Source of the DNA: Bugula neritina
Lineage: Eukaryota; Animalia; Bryozoa
DNA length: 64,000 bases
Direction of reading: 5' to 3'
NCBI GenBank assembly: GCA_964035545.1
Contig: OZ037767.1
Coordinates: 11,480,581-11,544,580 of the forward strand
Shown one piece after another: positions 25,469 through 39,375 of this stretch. How positions within the stretch are numbered: position 1 is the first letter of the stretch; each line of letters starts with the position of its first letter. A program made the position numbers and the translations under genes. Below the pieces are notes generated by a model. The model made no database searches. It had not been told where the DNA came from and worked only from the letters and a program-made list of their open reading frames with translations.

Positions 25469-25539
25469 AACTTTATTATAAATTTAAATAATCATATAAC
25501 AATTATCATAACAATTTATAGTTACTGTTTGTGTTAAAA

Positions 25540-25712
25540 AAACTCATGCATGTTTATAGCAGCTATCCTTGTGAGAACCCCTAATGCAAAGGGGTTTTTA
25601 AAATGGGCTACAGGTCTAAAAACTTATTCAAATGTTATTCATATTAGACACAGGAGCAATTAAAGCTGAATTCCCTTCCTAACATCACTAATGACCTTTA
25701 CTAGAGTTAAAA
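25540..25712 (-). mobile_element. tRNA-derived SINE copy 5 (5'-truncated)
   Basis: GCTATCCTTGTGAGAACCCCTAATGCAAAGGGG...CAGGAGCAATT...TTCCTAACATCACTAATGACCTTTACTAGAGTT. Confidence 0.72.
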
Positions 25713-28243
25713 GTTACAGCTTGCAATAATAGTAACAGTTGTTAACTTTAACTATAATTATAATATGACATTAATATCATAATTTAAACGCAAATCAAAT
25801 TCAAATCAATATTCTCGTGGTTTTTTATTTGAATTTTTTTTCTACCTTTTACAATATAGATGTTTTAGTTTAACTTTAAATTTCACTTGAATTTTATCTC
25901 TAACTTAGGCTATAGACTGAAAGTATTAGTGTTAGTCTTACTTTTACTTGTTATTTTAGGCTTAAGGCTAATAGCTAGTCCATGTCTTACAGCAAAAAGT
26001 AAGGCTAATTCTATGCCTAATAGAGTAACACTCACTATTTTCATGTTCAATTTCATCATTAGATTTAGTATTAGTACGAATATTTAATAATATTGATTCT
26101 CACCTCAACAGCTGTTGTTCTGTACGAGTAGCTGATACTTGCAGTATTAGTACGACCATAAAAATTAATGCCAATTACAATAGTCAATGTGAATATGGCC
26201 TGTGCACTAGCTTTCTCCTATACTTTGGGCTATCTTCATGGCTATAAGCATGTGCTAAAACTAGAGATAATATACTTCCTAAGGCACATAGGTTATCCTG
26301 GTTTTCCTTTCCCTTACTGACAATGTCAATTTCACACACATAGTCGCCCTGGCTGTGAATATAAGTTCTAAGGTTCTTGCAGTTATTGAGTTACTAAAGT
26401 GCCAGTCAATAGTATTAAACTATTCCTTATAAGTATATAAAATACAGAGCTAGTAACCTGCAGCCCTTTGCTCATGTTGCTTTGTCATGCACTTCCTCTT
26501 TTATTGCTTGACGTTTTGCTAAAATAAACTTGTTACCAATTGGTATTATAAGCAAAACACGTGCTTAGAATGCAGTATCAAATTTTGAAATCCAGGCTGC
26601 TAATGCCATACATTAGTACTTGAACAGAGTTAAATTGGTTAGAAAAAAAAACGTATAGTGTATAAAGAGTGAATACTCACTCCATTGCTAGAAATTAATG
26701 CTGTAAAGGTTTACATCCCACCTACAGCATGTTTATGTCATTTTCTTCATCACAGCCTTTTAACATTTACTTTGAGTGATAATCATCTATTTTAAATTCG
26801 TTGACATAGAGCACCTGTTAAGTACCGTACAAGAAGGCAGTGCTTATTAAATACGGTAAACTTGTAAACTTATTTTGTTTATTTGCATTGTTTTTAGTTT
26901 AGTCGAATCTTAAATTGGTGATCGTATGATTTCAAGTCCTATAAGACTAACTCTATGCACATGCTAATGCTTATTAGTTGTACTGTGTGTGGCAGAGTAT
27001 GTCATAAATTTATCATGCTACCCTTTACTCATAGGTTATACATAGTCTGTGCTACTTGCAATGAGTTTCAAGTTAAGCTTGCAGTACTTGCCAGATTCCT
27101 TTGGAATACTCTGTCAATCTTGTAGTCCAATTTGACGCACAAATCTAATTGAAGGTGTGAATATCTGATGTGTAAAAAGTTTTATTACTTGGAAACTTTA
27201 TTCTATGCTTCTTGTGCTGCATTCTCAGGGATAGAGAGCTTGCACACAAACATCTCTCCTATAAAGCTTTTATTAATACCAAGTTCCCTAAACAGTATGG
27301 TTAAAGATGAAGCTCTCAGTTAATATAACTTATTGCTTGAGTAGTGTCTTATCATTGCTTATCAAATATTTGAAGTTACAGTTGCTAACAATAACACATT
27401 TTGCTTATTAATTAATATTTTACATTATGTCGTTAAGTTAAATATTGAAAAAAAATTCTTTTAATTTTTATTAGATTTTTATATTAAAAAATAAATATAT
27501 CAAAATAGCTTTCTTGGTAGTAATCATATTGTAATAATGTCAAAAAATAAAATCTTGTTTAACTTTTTTTTAGATTTTTCAAGTAATGTAAGGGTGCATA
27601 TTGTATTCCGTTACTGATAGGCAAATGATATATATTCAAACTACACTAATATAATAAGCACAAATACAAATGTAAGCTTGAGATTATACTTATCTTGGCA
27701 AGTTATTCTCACCATTGTTGTTATCCTTAATAAAGGTAAAACTCGAATATTGAGTGATTTTTTTAAAAAGAACCTTTTTGTCAACCTTAGAAATGAAAAC
27801 AAAATTTGATTTTAACATATTTTGTTCACATTTGAAGATAAAAAGCCCTGTTTACTAATATTAATATGCATTCATACACCAAATCAGCAATGTTGGTCGA
27901 TATCTGCTGCTTTGTTCAATTTTGATTTTTTTTTTCAAACTAAACTTTCAGTTCTTCAACTTGGCTTGAACTTCACAAGACTTTAGTCAGATATGAGATA
28001 GTTTAACATTATAGCTACTGTTATCTATTTTTTTGGCTAATATGCTATCAATAGTAAATTTTTAAAGTTGAAACATTTTCCAGTGATCTTCTGCAATACT
28101 GTATTTTAGTTCAATTTTGTTACTGATTGTTTTTTCAAAAGTTGAAGTTAATTTATCTTAATCAATATCCGGTCCTGTGCATTATTAATTTGTAATTTGT
28201 TTTAGATACCTTTTTACAGTTTTCCTAACGGTTAATAGTAAAA

Positions 28244-31200
28244 ATGAACTTTGGAACAGTGCCTCAAAATGTCAATATGAATATGATGCAACAACAGCCG
28301 ATGATGATGACCATGGGTTATGGACAAATGCCCAATGCGCTGCCACTTCAACAACAAACCATGCCAATGCCTCAAACAGCTTCTGCTATGGGTTTTGGTA
28401 TACCGCAGCAGTTCATGCCTGGCATGAACATGACATCTTTTGGTGTGATGACTGTTGACTCGGCTCCAAATGTGAATAGGCCATCTAATCCGATGCTACC
28501 CACCCAGCCACCACCACCTGTAAGTTTATAGGTTTTACAAAGAGTGGTTGTCAGCATGCCTAATCCTAAACAATCTCTCTTTCATAAATTTCACAATACA
28601 GTGTGAGCCTCATGCTCATATCACATCTATTTGTAGCCAGGTCCTCCTCCAGGCCCACCGCCAAATGAGGAGCAAAATAAAATCACCATGCTACAAAACC
28701 AGGCTAAGATCTGGCAAGAACAGAAGCGGCTGGCCGAACAGCGAGAGCTTCAGAAGAAAAAGCAAGAAGAAGAATTTTTGAAAAAAGCAGCATCTGAGTG
28801 CCCAGGTAATGTTATTCTACTGGCATGTCCTGTCTTACTCTTTAAATGATTAGCTGTTCCTTTCTCATCTTTCATATCATTGGCTGTTGCTGTGAGATAA
28901 ACTGCAGTAATAAAATGTGTTGGTGCTTCTTTCAGAGGTGTCTCAGTGCATGACGGAAGAGCAACAGTTTCAAGAACAGTATACTACATGGAAGAAACAG
29001 TTTGACGACTGGAAAGAACAAAACAAAGGTATGTAATCTTCTACTTGCCAAAAGTGAAGAACCTCTTTTCCTTATTGTATTTCTTCATGGTTGAAACTTG
29101 AACAGATTGACTCTAACCTTTAGACGATATGAATGCAAGCCTCATTTACGATCAATAGAGGAAGCAACTGATAATTGCATAAATGGATTTTGCGTTTATC
29201 GCTGTAGATCACCCTGATAAAGAGCAGTATAAGCAATATGAACAACAATGGAAAACATATGAATATGAAATGGATGCTCAGAAAAATGAGTTGGCCCGAA
29301 GACTGAAGGAGTCGATAGATCGATACAAAGTAACTGTCTTAGTTAGCACTGCTTTTTATATACTTTTTTTGCATGATTTTAATCCAACAGATTTTTATGC
29401 GTTAAATTTTGTTTATTCAGACATCTTTTGTTTTATCAAGTAATAAATGTCACATGATCACACACACACCCGTATTACAGCAATATGGACCCTCACATCC
29501 TCAAGCTCCAGCAGCAAACCAGCAATGGAAATCTCAGGCAGCATCTCATTCGTCCACCGCCCAGGCATGTTGCTATTTAACTTGGTAATCATATTTATTT
29601 ACCTAATTTTCTGATACGCCACATCTATTTTATGTTTGATGTTCTCAGGACCCACAAGACATGGATTGGGAGCAGCCCGCCTCCGACAACTGGGGTCAAC
29701 GAAATCTGGAGCAGCCGCCAGCCAGCCGGCTCCCAGATCAACCATCAAGTCAAGGTCAACACTGGGCTCATTCCGATCAAAATCAGCCTCACAAGTCGAG
29801 CTGGTCCAACCGACCTCCGGCTCAAGTTGGCTATCAGCAATCTGGACAGTCCTACAGGGCCACACGACCTCCCGGTCCACCTCCGTCAGAACCCACTCAC
29901 AGACCGCGGAATCCTCAACAGCAGCCAAGGTCGCTCATGGATGTTGAGGTTCTTAGGCCTACTGGTAACTTTCGGCAGCATCAGCCACGCAATCAATTAC
30001 ACCAGTCTGCCCGAGCGAATCGCCCGCTACAGCCTGGAGAACAAATGAGACATCCAGTTCGAGGCCGGTCGCCTTACCACACTGATCAGCCAGTGCGTGG
30101 TCATACACCCCAGCAAACAGGTCATCATCATTATGGCCCACGTCCTCCAAACCCAAACCAGTCATTTCGAGGTCCTCGGCCGCCAAACGCTGGTCAACCA
30201 ATTCGAGGTGACTCGCCACGGCAAACTAGTCATCCAGTTCGGGGTATTAGACCTCAGAATACTGGACAACCGGTGCAGGGTTTTAGACCTCAGGATACTA
30301 GACAACCATTTCGGGGTATTAGACCTCAGGATGCTGGACAATCTGCGCGGGGTGTTAGACCTCAGAATGCTGGACAATCTGTGCGGGGTGTTAGACCTCA
30401 GAATGCTGGACAACTGGTGCGGGGTCCTCGACCCTCAGTTGTAGGTCAGTCAGCTCAGGGTTACTCCCCTCAACACACCAATCAGGGTCTCCAGAATGAT
30501 GGGTCCCTGTACACTTCTTTTGAGAAGCCTAATCTAAGGTAAGCGTTTTCAATCAACTTTACTGTGTGCTTTTTTTCAAGCTGCATATTTGGATTTCTGT
30601 ATGCAAAATCAAGTGTTTATGTAAAATCAGCATTTCAGTGCTTAGACAGGTATCATGCAAATTGTGCCTGTATAATATTGATTAGTTTATACTAATTACA
30701 TTTTATTTCCCAATTGATTTTATTAAATTTGGTTTGGAATTACAATGTTGGGTCAATTTAATTTTTTTTCAGATCAGTAATGATATAATAAGTTGACTCA
30801 ATTAACTTCCATTTAATTTGAAATATGTTTTAAATTACCCTCAAAATAACCAACAATTAGCTCAATAAAGTTGCCAAGTTGCATTTAAAATACATTACTG
30901 TAATTTAACCAATCTGTAACTCACATTTTCTCACATGGTTAAACATTAGCTTGTGTGTGTCATTTATCATGTATTGATCACTGTGTTTCCATGACTCAAT
31001 GGATCCGGCTGCTCTTTACATGGATTTGCAATTGCGGTTTTTACTAACTTATAAATGCGGTTTCATTAATTGATACTGGCTCCATGCATCGAATGAAAAA
31101 TCTTTTTGTAGCATGGGGACGTAGTGATTAACAATAACTGTAAATAGTTTCTGATAAATTATTTGCACTTGCTCCTAATTTATAACCCAATTGTCTGAAT

Positions 31201-34200
31201 TCAGCTCCTGTTCAACTAACATTTCTTAAACCAGGCATGCAGAGCCACAATCTAATTTCAACTCGCCCTCCAGACCAATCAGACCCCAACACGGCTTTCA
31301 GGGACCCAGGGGCGCTGCTCCACGTGGCAGTGGCCCTCCCCCTGGTGTTGCTAAAGCTACAAAAGGCACTCCAAATGCGAACTTGGAGTCTGCTACTGGG
31401 CAAACCTCCTGGCCAGCCTACAACTCTGCCAACCGTACAACCAGTGATGAACCTCGCCCAGGTATCACAGGGCCACTGCCGTCAGACGGATTTGATTTAG
31501 AAAGTCCGATTGATGGAGGTACAATATTTATTTCCTACCACAAGTTTTAATCATTGTTAGTCAGTTGAATCGACCTGAATATTTCATGATTTATCGAGCT
31601 CTTGTGTCCCACCATGTAAGCTATGCTGATATGTAATTTGTATTTATTAAAGACCTCCCAGCACTTGGTCATATGAAAAAAAGGCTTGCTGATTCTACTT
31701 CACATAAATATTAAAACATGTAGATCTCTATAATGTGGTCACAGTTCTCTTATCTCCAGCTATTGAGTCTTTGTATAACCTGGTGTGATGTGTTCAGGGG
31801 GAGATAAGTACGATGAGCAGAAGAGGTTGATAGAAGAGCTCATGGGCTCATCAACTGGCATGTCTGAAGTCAAAAAGGCCGTATGTCTATTCAGATATCA
31901 GATACACCGATACATTTTAAACATTTATTCCTTACTTCCTCTGTTTGGTGCCTCCCTCTTTCCATGATTAATTGCACTCTTTCTAGGACACTAACCTGAT
32001 ACCGGAACATAAGATGAAAAAACCTGTACTCACAGAAATGACCCCAGATGTCATCAGGAAGGGCACACTCAGTATGGTCTTATCCGCCTTACAGAGTCAG
32101 CCCAAGACAGAGTCAGGCGAGAAACCGGCCACTACGGATGGTCAAGCTAGTGCTGACCAAACGACTGCAGGCTCTTCTGGAGGTTCATTTACTTTGTTGT
32201 CTTCTATTTGTAACCATGTAATTCTACTAGACTCCCCAGTACTTTATTACATTGTCTCAGTTTCAAAAGTATTTTTTGGTATCAATAAACATTTAGAGCT
32301 AACTGATTTGGCTGTCTTTTTACACATCGTGCAATTATTATGCAATGTAAAGAGATAAAAATATTTTGCTTGGCGTATCATTTGGTCTTACATAATGATT
32401 CGTAAACATAATTTGCGGCTATCATGAAATTAGTTTCTTACGCTTGGGTCCGGAAATGTTACTAGAAATTGATGCAAAAGAATCTACAATCAATTTTATT
32501 ATATTCAATTAGTAGGCCTCCTGTCATTTGAATCCTCTCCTATTAATTTGTATGGACTGGCACAGAAATCTAACCTGTTGATACTGTTGACTACCCTATG
32601 CAGCGTTTGATGACCATATATCGTTATTGTATATGATTGGTTTATTTGTTTGCCCGTGAACTTTTGACATGAATCAATGGAATTCATTCTATTTCGGGGG
32701 TAATTCAGGTGATGCAAAGGAAAAAATTGAGATTTCTGATGTCACTGAGCACACAACTCCTGGTAGCAGCTCCAGCGTGGCTACTTCTACCATGTCAGCT
32801 CCCACTACCTCTAGTGTGGCTAATTGTCACCAACAAAATCCTTCAGTATCTGTGCCACCTTCTGGTCAACGACCCTCAGCACCTGGTCAACGACCATCAG
32901 CACCTGGCCAACGACCTTCAGCACCTGGTCAACGACCTTCAGCACCTGGTCAACGACCTTCAGCACCTGGTCAACGACCTTCAGCACCTGGTCAACGACA
33001 TTTAGCACCTGGTCAAAGACCTTTAGCACCTGGTCAACGATATTTAGCACCTGGTCAAAGGCCTTTAGCACCTAGGCCAAGATTTTTAGCACCTGGTCAA
33101 CGATATTTAGCACCTGGTCAACAACACATGGCTTTAGATCAAAGACATATGGCTCCAGGTCAAAGACATATGGCTCCAGGTCAAAGACCACTAAGGCCTG
33201 GTCACCGATTTCCCGAACCTAGAGACAGATTTCCTGAACCTGGACATAGATTTTCTAGACCTGGACAGAGACCCTTTGCTTCTGATCCCAGAGAATTAGA
33301 CGTACATTTACCCGATGTTGATCAAGTGCCGGCCGCTGTAGCTGAGGTTGCTAAGGTAAGAGACCCTTGGTCGTTTCACTTTCTGTGCCCCCTTTTTTGC
33401 TCTCATTGTGAATTTACTATCTGCTCTGTTGCCATTGTTATCTCTGCGATCTTTGTAGGCCCTGTCTGGCCGCCAACACGACTTGATTAAACAGGCTACA
33501 ATGAATCTTCAGAGAACGGGAAATCTACCTCCTAGCTCGGTAAACTAGTTACTCGTGTATCTGTGTGTACTACTTTTTGACTGAATTAGTGGACTCACTG
33601 TGTAGATCTCAGTTTCACATTGTGGTTACATGATGTTGTTTTTGGGCCTCTTTAGGTGCCTGATGAAGCAGAAGGTTACGATGAGTGGGGTGATCAGGAC
33701 GAGCAATATTATGAGTGAGTATTAGTTTAATCTTTACATTCTTTTTTCAACTCCTGCTTGCATAGTTATTTCAACATATGAATTTTAAACTCAATTTTGT
33801 GAAGCTGCCTTTGTTTTAGTTATATTTGAATTTTGGTTCACAAGGCCTCTCATTATATTCCCCAGGGATGAAGATTACCAACCTGATCCTAGAAGGAGAA
33901 ACCTCCTCACTATGGAGGACGGTTATGAGCCTCGGGAGCGACATCCTCGACTACCACCAAGACATCACTTCCTGTACGACCATCTTTTTAAGTTAGACAA
34001 AAATGGTTGCTATTTTCTCTGCTACCCAAGTCTACACCAAGCTTGTTCTGTGTTGTAGGGATGACCCATATGATGCATTCGAAGATCACTATGATGACCC
34101 GTATGACAGGTGGGGGTTATCTTCTCGTGATACTTGATTCTGGTTTTCCTTGTCGCTATTTACTCTCCAGCTTTTCATTTATCTTATTCTTTTAAAAGCA

Positions 34201-37200
34201 TACTTTAACTCCAGGTACGAGGCCTACAGGCCTGAGGCTAGATATAGGAGACCACGACCCCCACTCTACGAGGATCCTTACTACGAGGAGGATTACTATC
34301 CACGACGCAGGGGGCGTGGCCTTCTCATGCCTGAGCCGTTTCCACCCAGATTGCCCGAAGATCCGTATGAGTAGGTTGTTGTATTATAAGAGAAAATAGT
34401 TTTTTAAAGTGTTGGTTGTATTCTATTCCAAAGTGCTTGTTACCTGGCAGCTCTTGGAGTAGCTAATGTTTGATTGAATGTGTTTCTAGTGATCCTTTCA
34501 GAAGACGTCCTGCGCCTATAGATCCGTACGAGCGACACGAGTTGGCACGGGAGGCATACAACCGCGAGAGATATGCCCAGGAGTCGCTGGACAGAGAACC
34601 TTTGATGCGGGGCCCTCTGAGAGACCCGTACGAAGACGAAACTGCACCCAGGAGATTTCTTGGAGACGGTCTAATCAGCCGAGCCGATCCGGAGATCATA
34701 GATTACTCACACAATCCTTCCAGGGTCTCTTCTGTGTTAGGAGAGTAAGTATAGCCTTTATTCCTTATGTTGGGAGAGTAAGTATAGCCTCTGTTCCTTA
34801 TGTTGGGAGAGTAAGTATAGCCTCTGTTCCTTATGTTGGGAGAGTAAGTATAGCCTCTGTTCTTTATGTTGGGAGAGTAAGTATAGCCTCTGCTCCTTAT
34901 GTTGCGAGAGTAAGTATAGCCTCTGTTCCTTATGTTAGGAGAGTAAGTATAGCCTCCTCTCTTTAGTGTTCTTTATGCAGTGAGGAATTACAACTTCACT
35001 TGTTTAATCCAGAGCATTTCATTACAACCAAGACACTATTATCTCAACAAATTTAATTTCACAGCTACTGTGAATTGTTTCATTTCATGTTTTACGTTTT
35101 TATGAAAGACTGCATCTCACTGTTGTCAAAATGCTCTGCTGACATGTCTGCCAGACTAACAGATCTCTAGAACCTGCATCAATGTCTTCAACACAACTTA
35201 AGGATGGCCACCCGTTCCTGTCTCTGTTTGTGCTGCATTGGTGTCTAGACGAGTCATCTAAACACAAGTCGCGACCCATGAGTTCCTGTCAGAGTATTAA
35301 CTGCTATCTCTTCGGTTTCTTAGGGTTAACAAGGGTAGACAACTGCCACCCAGTTTCAGACGCGCTTCTCCACCTCCAGGTTTCCGAGAAAGGTCACCGA
35401 TCAGACTAAATAACTCTTCGTCTCAGTTACCTCAAGCTAGACCTCCAGGTAAAGTTTATCAACTCTTTACGAGTTTTCTATGTTGGCCATTACAGTTTCA
35501 CAGTTTTATTTTGAAGGTAGTGCTGTGACCCATCATATTTTACATTAATGCTAACGTATACTGGTAAGTGTTACCTAGCAACCCCTCCCTCCACTCATAC
35601 TAGTAGTTAAAGACTGATGTGCCTGAATATAAGTTGTAACAGGTTTAAGATTTAAACATATAAAAGTTGCCTCATGTATAAATTCTAACAGTTAGAATAT
35701 ATATAGATTGATGATAGAAATTAAGAAACTGCTTTGTCTATTGCTTAATAATTAAAGCCTAGTGCTTTTCAAATTTGTTGAAAGGCAGGAAAAATAACAT
35801 CAAGTGTTGGCTTACAAAATCGTCAAATGTTATGCCTGAAGGCCAGTATGTAATCTTATAGGAAATTGTGTGGTGATGTCTTTGTCTTTGGCTGCGTTTA
35901 TGCTACAACTTACAAATGATATTCAGGCCCTGAAAAGGTCCTTGAACCAGGGTCACACATACTACTATCTTCCTAACCTTTATATGGCGTTGAAATATTT
36001 TTGACAAATGTTATTTTATTAATACTGGGAAAGCAACACCAACCAGCTGGAAGCTTGCGGTTCACTTCATCACTTGAGCGATGGAGTGCTGGTGGTAACT
36101 CGTATTTGCCTTTAACGAGCTGCGTTCTTGGCTCTTCAGCCTCCCCTAACATTTACAGTTTATTCCTCTCCTGCAGTATGGCTCATTACACTGATCGTCA
36201 CCTTACTGGTAAAGTGAAGGCCGGACGAGTTGTTAACTCCGCCCAATATCAATTTTTCTGAATATCTCGTCTCCCCTCCCCCCGAATGTTCCACACAACC
36301 AACTGCATCCAACGTCTTAGAAAAGTTACGATTGTTTCATTTCAGTTGCTGATTTATTTGATGCTTACTCCTCTGTGACTGTCCCAGAAGTCACTGACAT
36401 CAAGGACCTGATCTGTAAGCCAAAGAGGAATTCTCGTCCTGCACACATTTGTCTGATAGTTCGAGGGCCGCCTGGCGCAGGCAAAACTTACTGCAGTAAA
36501 CTCATTCGGGTAATTTATCACAACTCTGCAGTCATATCTACGTTATAGATTTCTACATTAGTTATGTCTAGGCTATAGATTTCTACACTAGTTATGTCTA
36601 AGTTATAGATTTCTACACTAGTTATGTCTAAGTTATAGATTCCTTTAGAACTGTGTCTTTAATATAGATTTCCACAGTAGCTCTATCTACGTTATATAAT
36701 TATGCAGTAACATGAATCTTTTGTGAACAAACTTTTACACTTTTGTAAATCAACATCAGTTTCAAGTTTTTTATATGTTTGATGGTCTCAGATATTAGCA
36801 ATTCCCTGAGCAGCCTGCAATGACCAGTTTATACTCTGAATGCTCGCGCTTCATTGGCTTAGTGTTGTATGTTCGCATGTTTAGGACAAAGAAGCAGCTA
36901 ATGGAGGCAGTGCCCCACGAATCCTCAATCTAGATGATTACTTCATGGTAGAGGTGGAGAGATTGGTCACAGATCCTGACACTGGTCGAAAAATGAAGCG
37001 AAAAGTAATGATAAATAATTTAAATCAGCTTCAGATTTTCGTACACACAAGTTGCTTCTGCTTAGTATACACTCTGTTTGTACTGGGAGCCTTTTGCTCG
37101 AATAAGATTTGAGTTTATGGATTGTGTCTGTAAATTTTTTAATCAGTTAAATTATAAGAATTTCCATTTCTTTAACTCTTTTTTATTATTTCTGAAAATC

Positions 37201-39299
37201 GGTCACTGTTTATGTTTTACATTTGATTATATTTCTAATATTTTTGGTTGCGAATAGTCACTTCACCCGAGTAGAAAGGGAGTAAGTAATCACTCTTGTG
37301 TGACGTGGAGTTGTGTGCTCTCTTTTTAGATGTTGGAATATGAATACGAGGCTGAGATGGAGAACTCATATAGAGCTGACTTTTTCAAGTCATTTAAGAA
37401 AACAGTTGAAAAAGGTTACTTCAGCTTCATCATAGTTGATGCTGTCAATGAGAAGGTATTTTGATCTTTCTGTGTGGTGAATAAATACACGCATGTATTC
37501 ACACATAATGATAATAATATAGTATAGTAATAATATAGTATAGTAATATAATAGTATAGTAATAATATAGTATAGTAATATAATAGTTTATTAATAAGTA
37601 ATAATATAGTAACATAATAATGTTATGATTGTAATACTGATTCAATTTTATGAAATGAATCAAACCTTCCTTGACTACTCATGGCAACTGAATTGATTAT
37701 CACGACACCCAATGTATAGTTTAATGTGCTTATTGTATAGTGTACCGTGTATATTGTATTAGTGTATATTGTATAGTGTACAGAATATATTGTATAGTGT
37801 ACAGAATATATTGTATTAGTGTACAGGGTATAGTGTATATTGTATTAGCGTATATTGTATAGTGTACAGAATATATTGTATAGTGTACAGGGTATATTGT
37901 ATAGTGTACAATATATGTTGTATAGTGTAAATTGTGTAGTGCGTACATTGTATAGAGTACAGTGTATTATATTATATAGTGTAAAGTATATATTGTGTTT
38001 TGTACAGTATATATTGTATATTGTACATTATATAGTGTACAGTATATATTATCCAGTGTAATGTGTTCTATTCTATACAGTGTACACTGTACTGTATGTA
38101 CTGTTTAGTGGTTATCAACCTGGTGCTATCGTCTATGTATAACAGGTGTCTCACTTTGAGGAGTTTGCCAAGTTCGCCCGAAGCGCCTCTTTCCAGGTAT
38201 ACGTAGTTGACGTTATTTCTGACGCACAGACCTGCTTTGCCAGGAACACCCACAACAGGACCCTCAAGGATATTCAGAATGTGAGTTCTACTGTGTGGCC
38301 TGACCTGCCTGGCCTGACCTGCCTGGCCTACATACCTTGCCTCACATACCTGGCCTCACATACCTGGCCCAGTTACCTCTTCTAGTGAACTGTTGGTAAT
38401 ATTACTGCTAGGGTCAGGTAGATGGCTGCAGGTGAACAAAAGATCTGCAGTCTTTTGAGCTTCACTTTGAATGTGTGACATGTACGTACACACTGCTGTA
38501 CGTCACATGTATGTACACACTGCTGTACGTCACATGTATGCACACACTGCTGTACGTCACATGTATGTAAACTGCTTTTGTAAGCGAGGAGTCACAAAAT
38601 CTACTACAAGGTTTAACATGCCACACACAATGCGTTGTCTGCGGAAGCGGAAATTTACTAGCCCATCATATTTGTGTTTATCTTAACTGCTGGCCTATAG
38701 CAATTTTGTTTCTATAGTTACATCTGAAAGCATTTCTGTTTTACTGCTGCAAAAAGGGAAAAAACTAAGCTAAAAGTAAAATGGAAACTTGGTTCTCAAA
38801 GAGTAGGCTCTTTAAATAGTAATCAACCTATTACATCACATCGGCAGACACTTTCCGCACTGGCCTGGCCATTCAGCATTTTCACCGCATGACATCAGCA
38901 CAGAATGGCCAATTTTTCTGCTTGCGCGGATTTTCGTCATTGCAAAATCCGTCTAATGTGGCCATCTGCTGTAAGTCCCGTGTATGTATATGCACTACTA
39001 TAACTCACTTGTATGTATATGCACTACTATAACTCACTCGTATGTATATGCACTACTATAACTCACTTGTATGTACTCTGCTGTAAGTCACACATACTAC
39101 TGTCTGCTACTAAATTGTGTATCATGTTAATGATTCCAGAAAATAGCTGTACCCTCTTACCAAAGCTCTGTCTCTCTGTAGATAATAGATAGCTGGGAGG
39201 AGACGCCATCCTATTTCCATAAAGTTGACATGAGAGGATTACTCCAGGATAATGCCATTGATGACGTGTGTATTACTTTTCAGTTATCAATACATACTG

Positions 39300-39375
<76 letters not shown>

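Noticed and set aside
29599-30444. Multiple overlapping alternative-frame and antisense ORFs over the large YLPM1 exon (also 32709..33075)
   Set aside because: Expected shadows of GC-richer repetitive Pro/Gln/Arg coding sequence.
34736-34956. CRISPR-like 33-bp direct repeats
   Set aside because: Head-to-tail units with no unique spacers, in a eukaryotic intron with no cas genes; it is a splice-donor minisatellite.
38830-38965. Possible Harbinger-like MITE ending ...CGTCTAATGTGGCC
   Set aside because: Only one convincing terminus; the left TIR and TSD could not be established.
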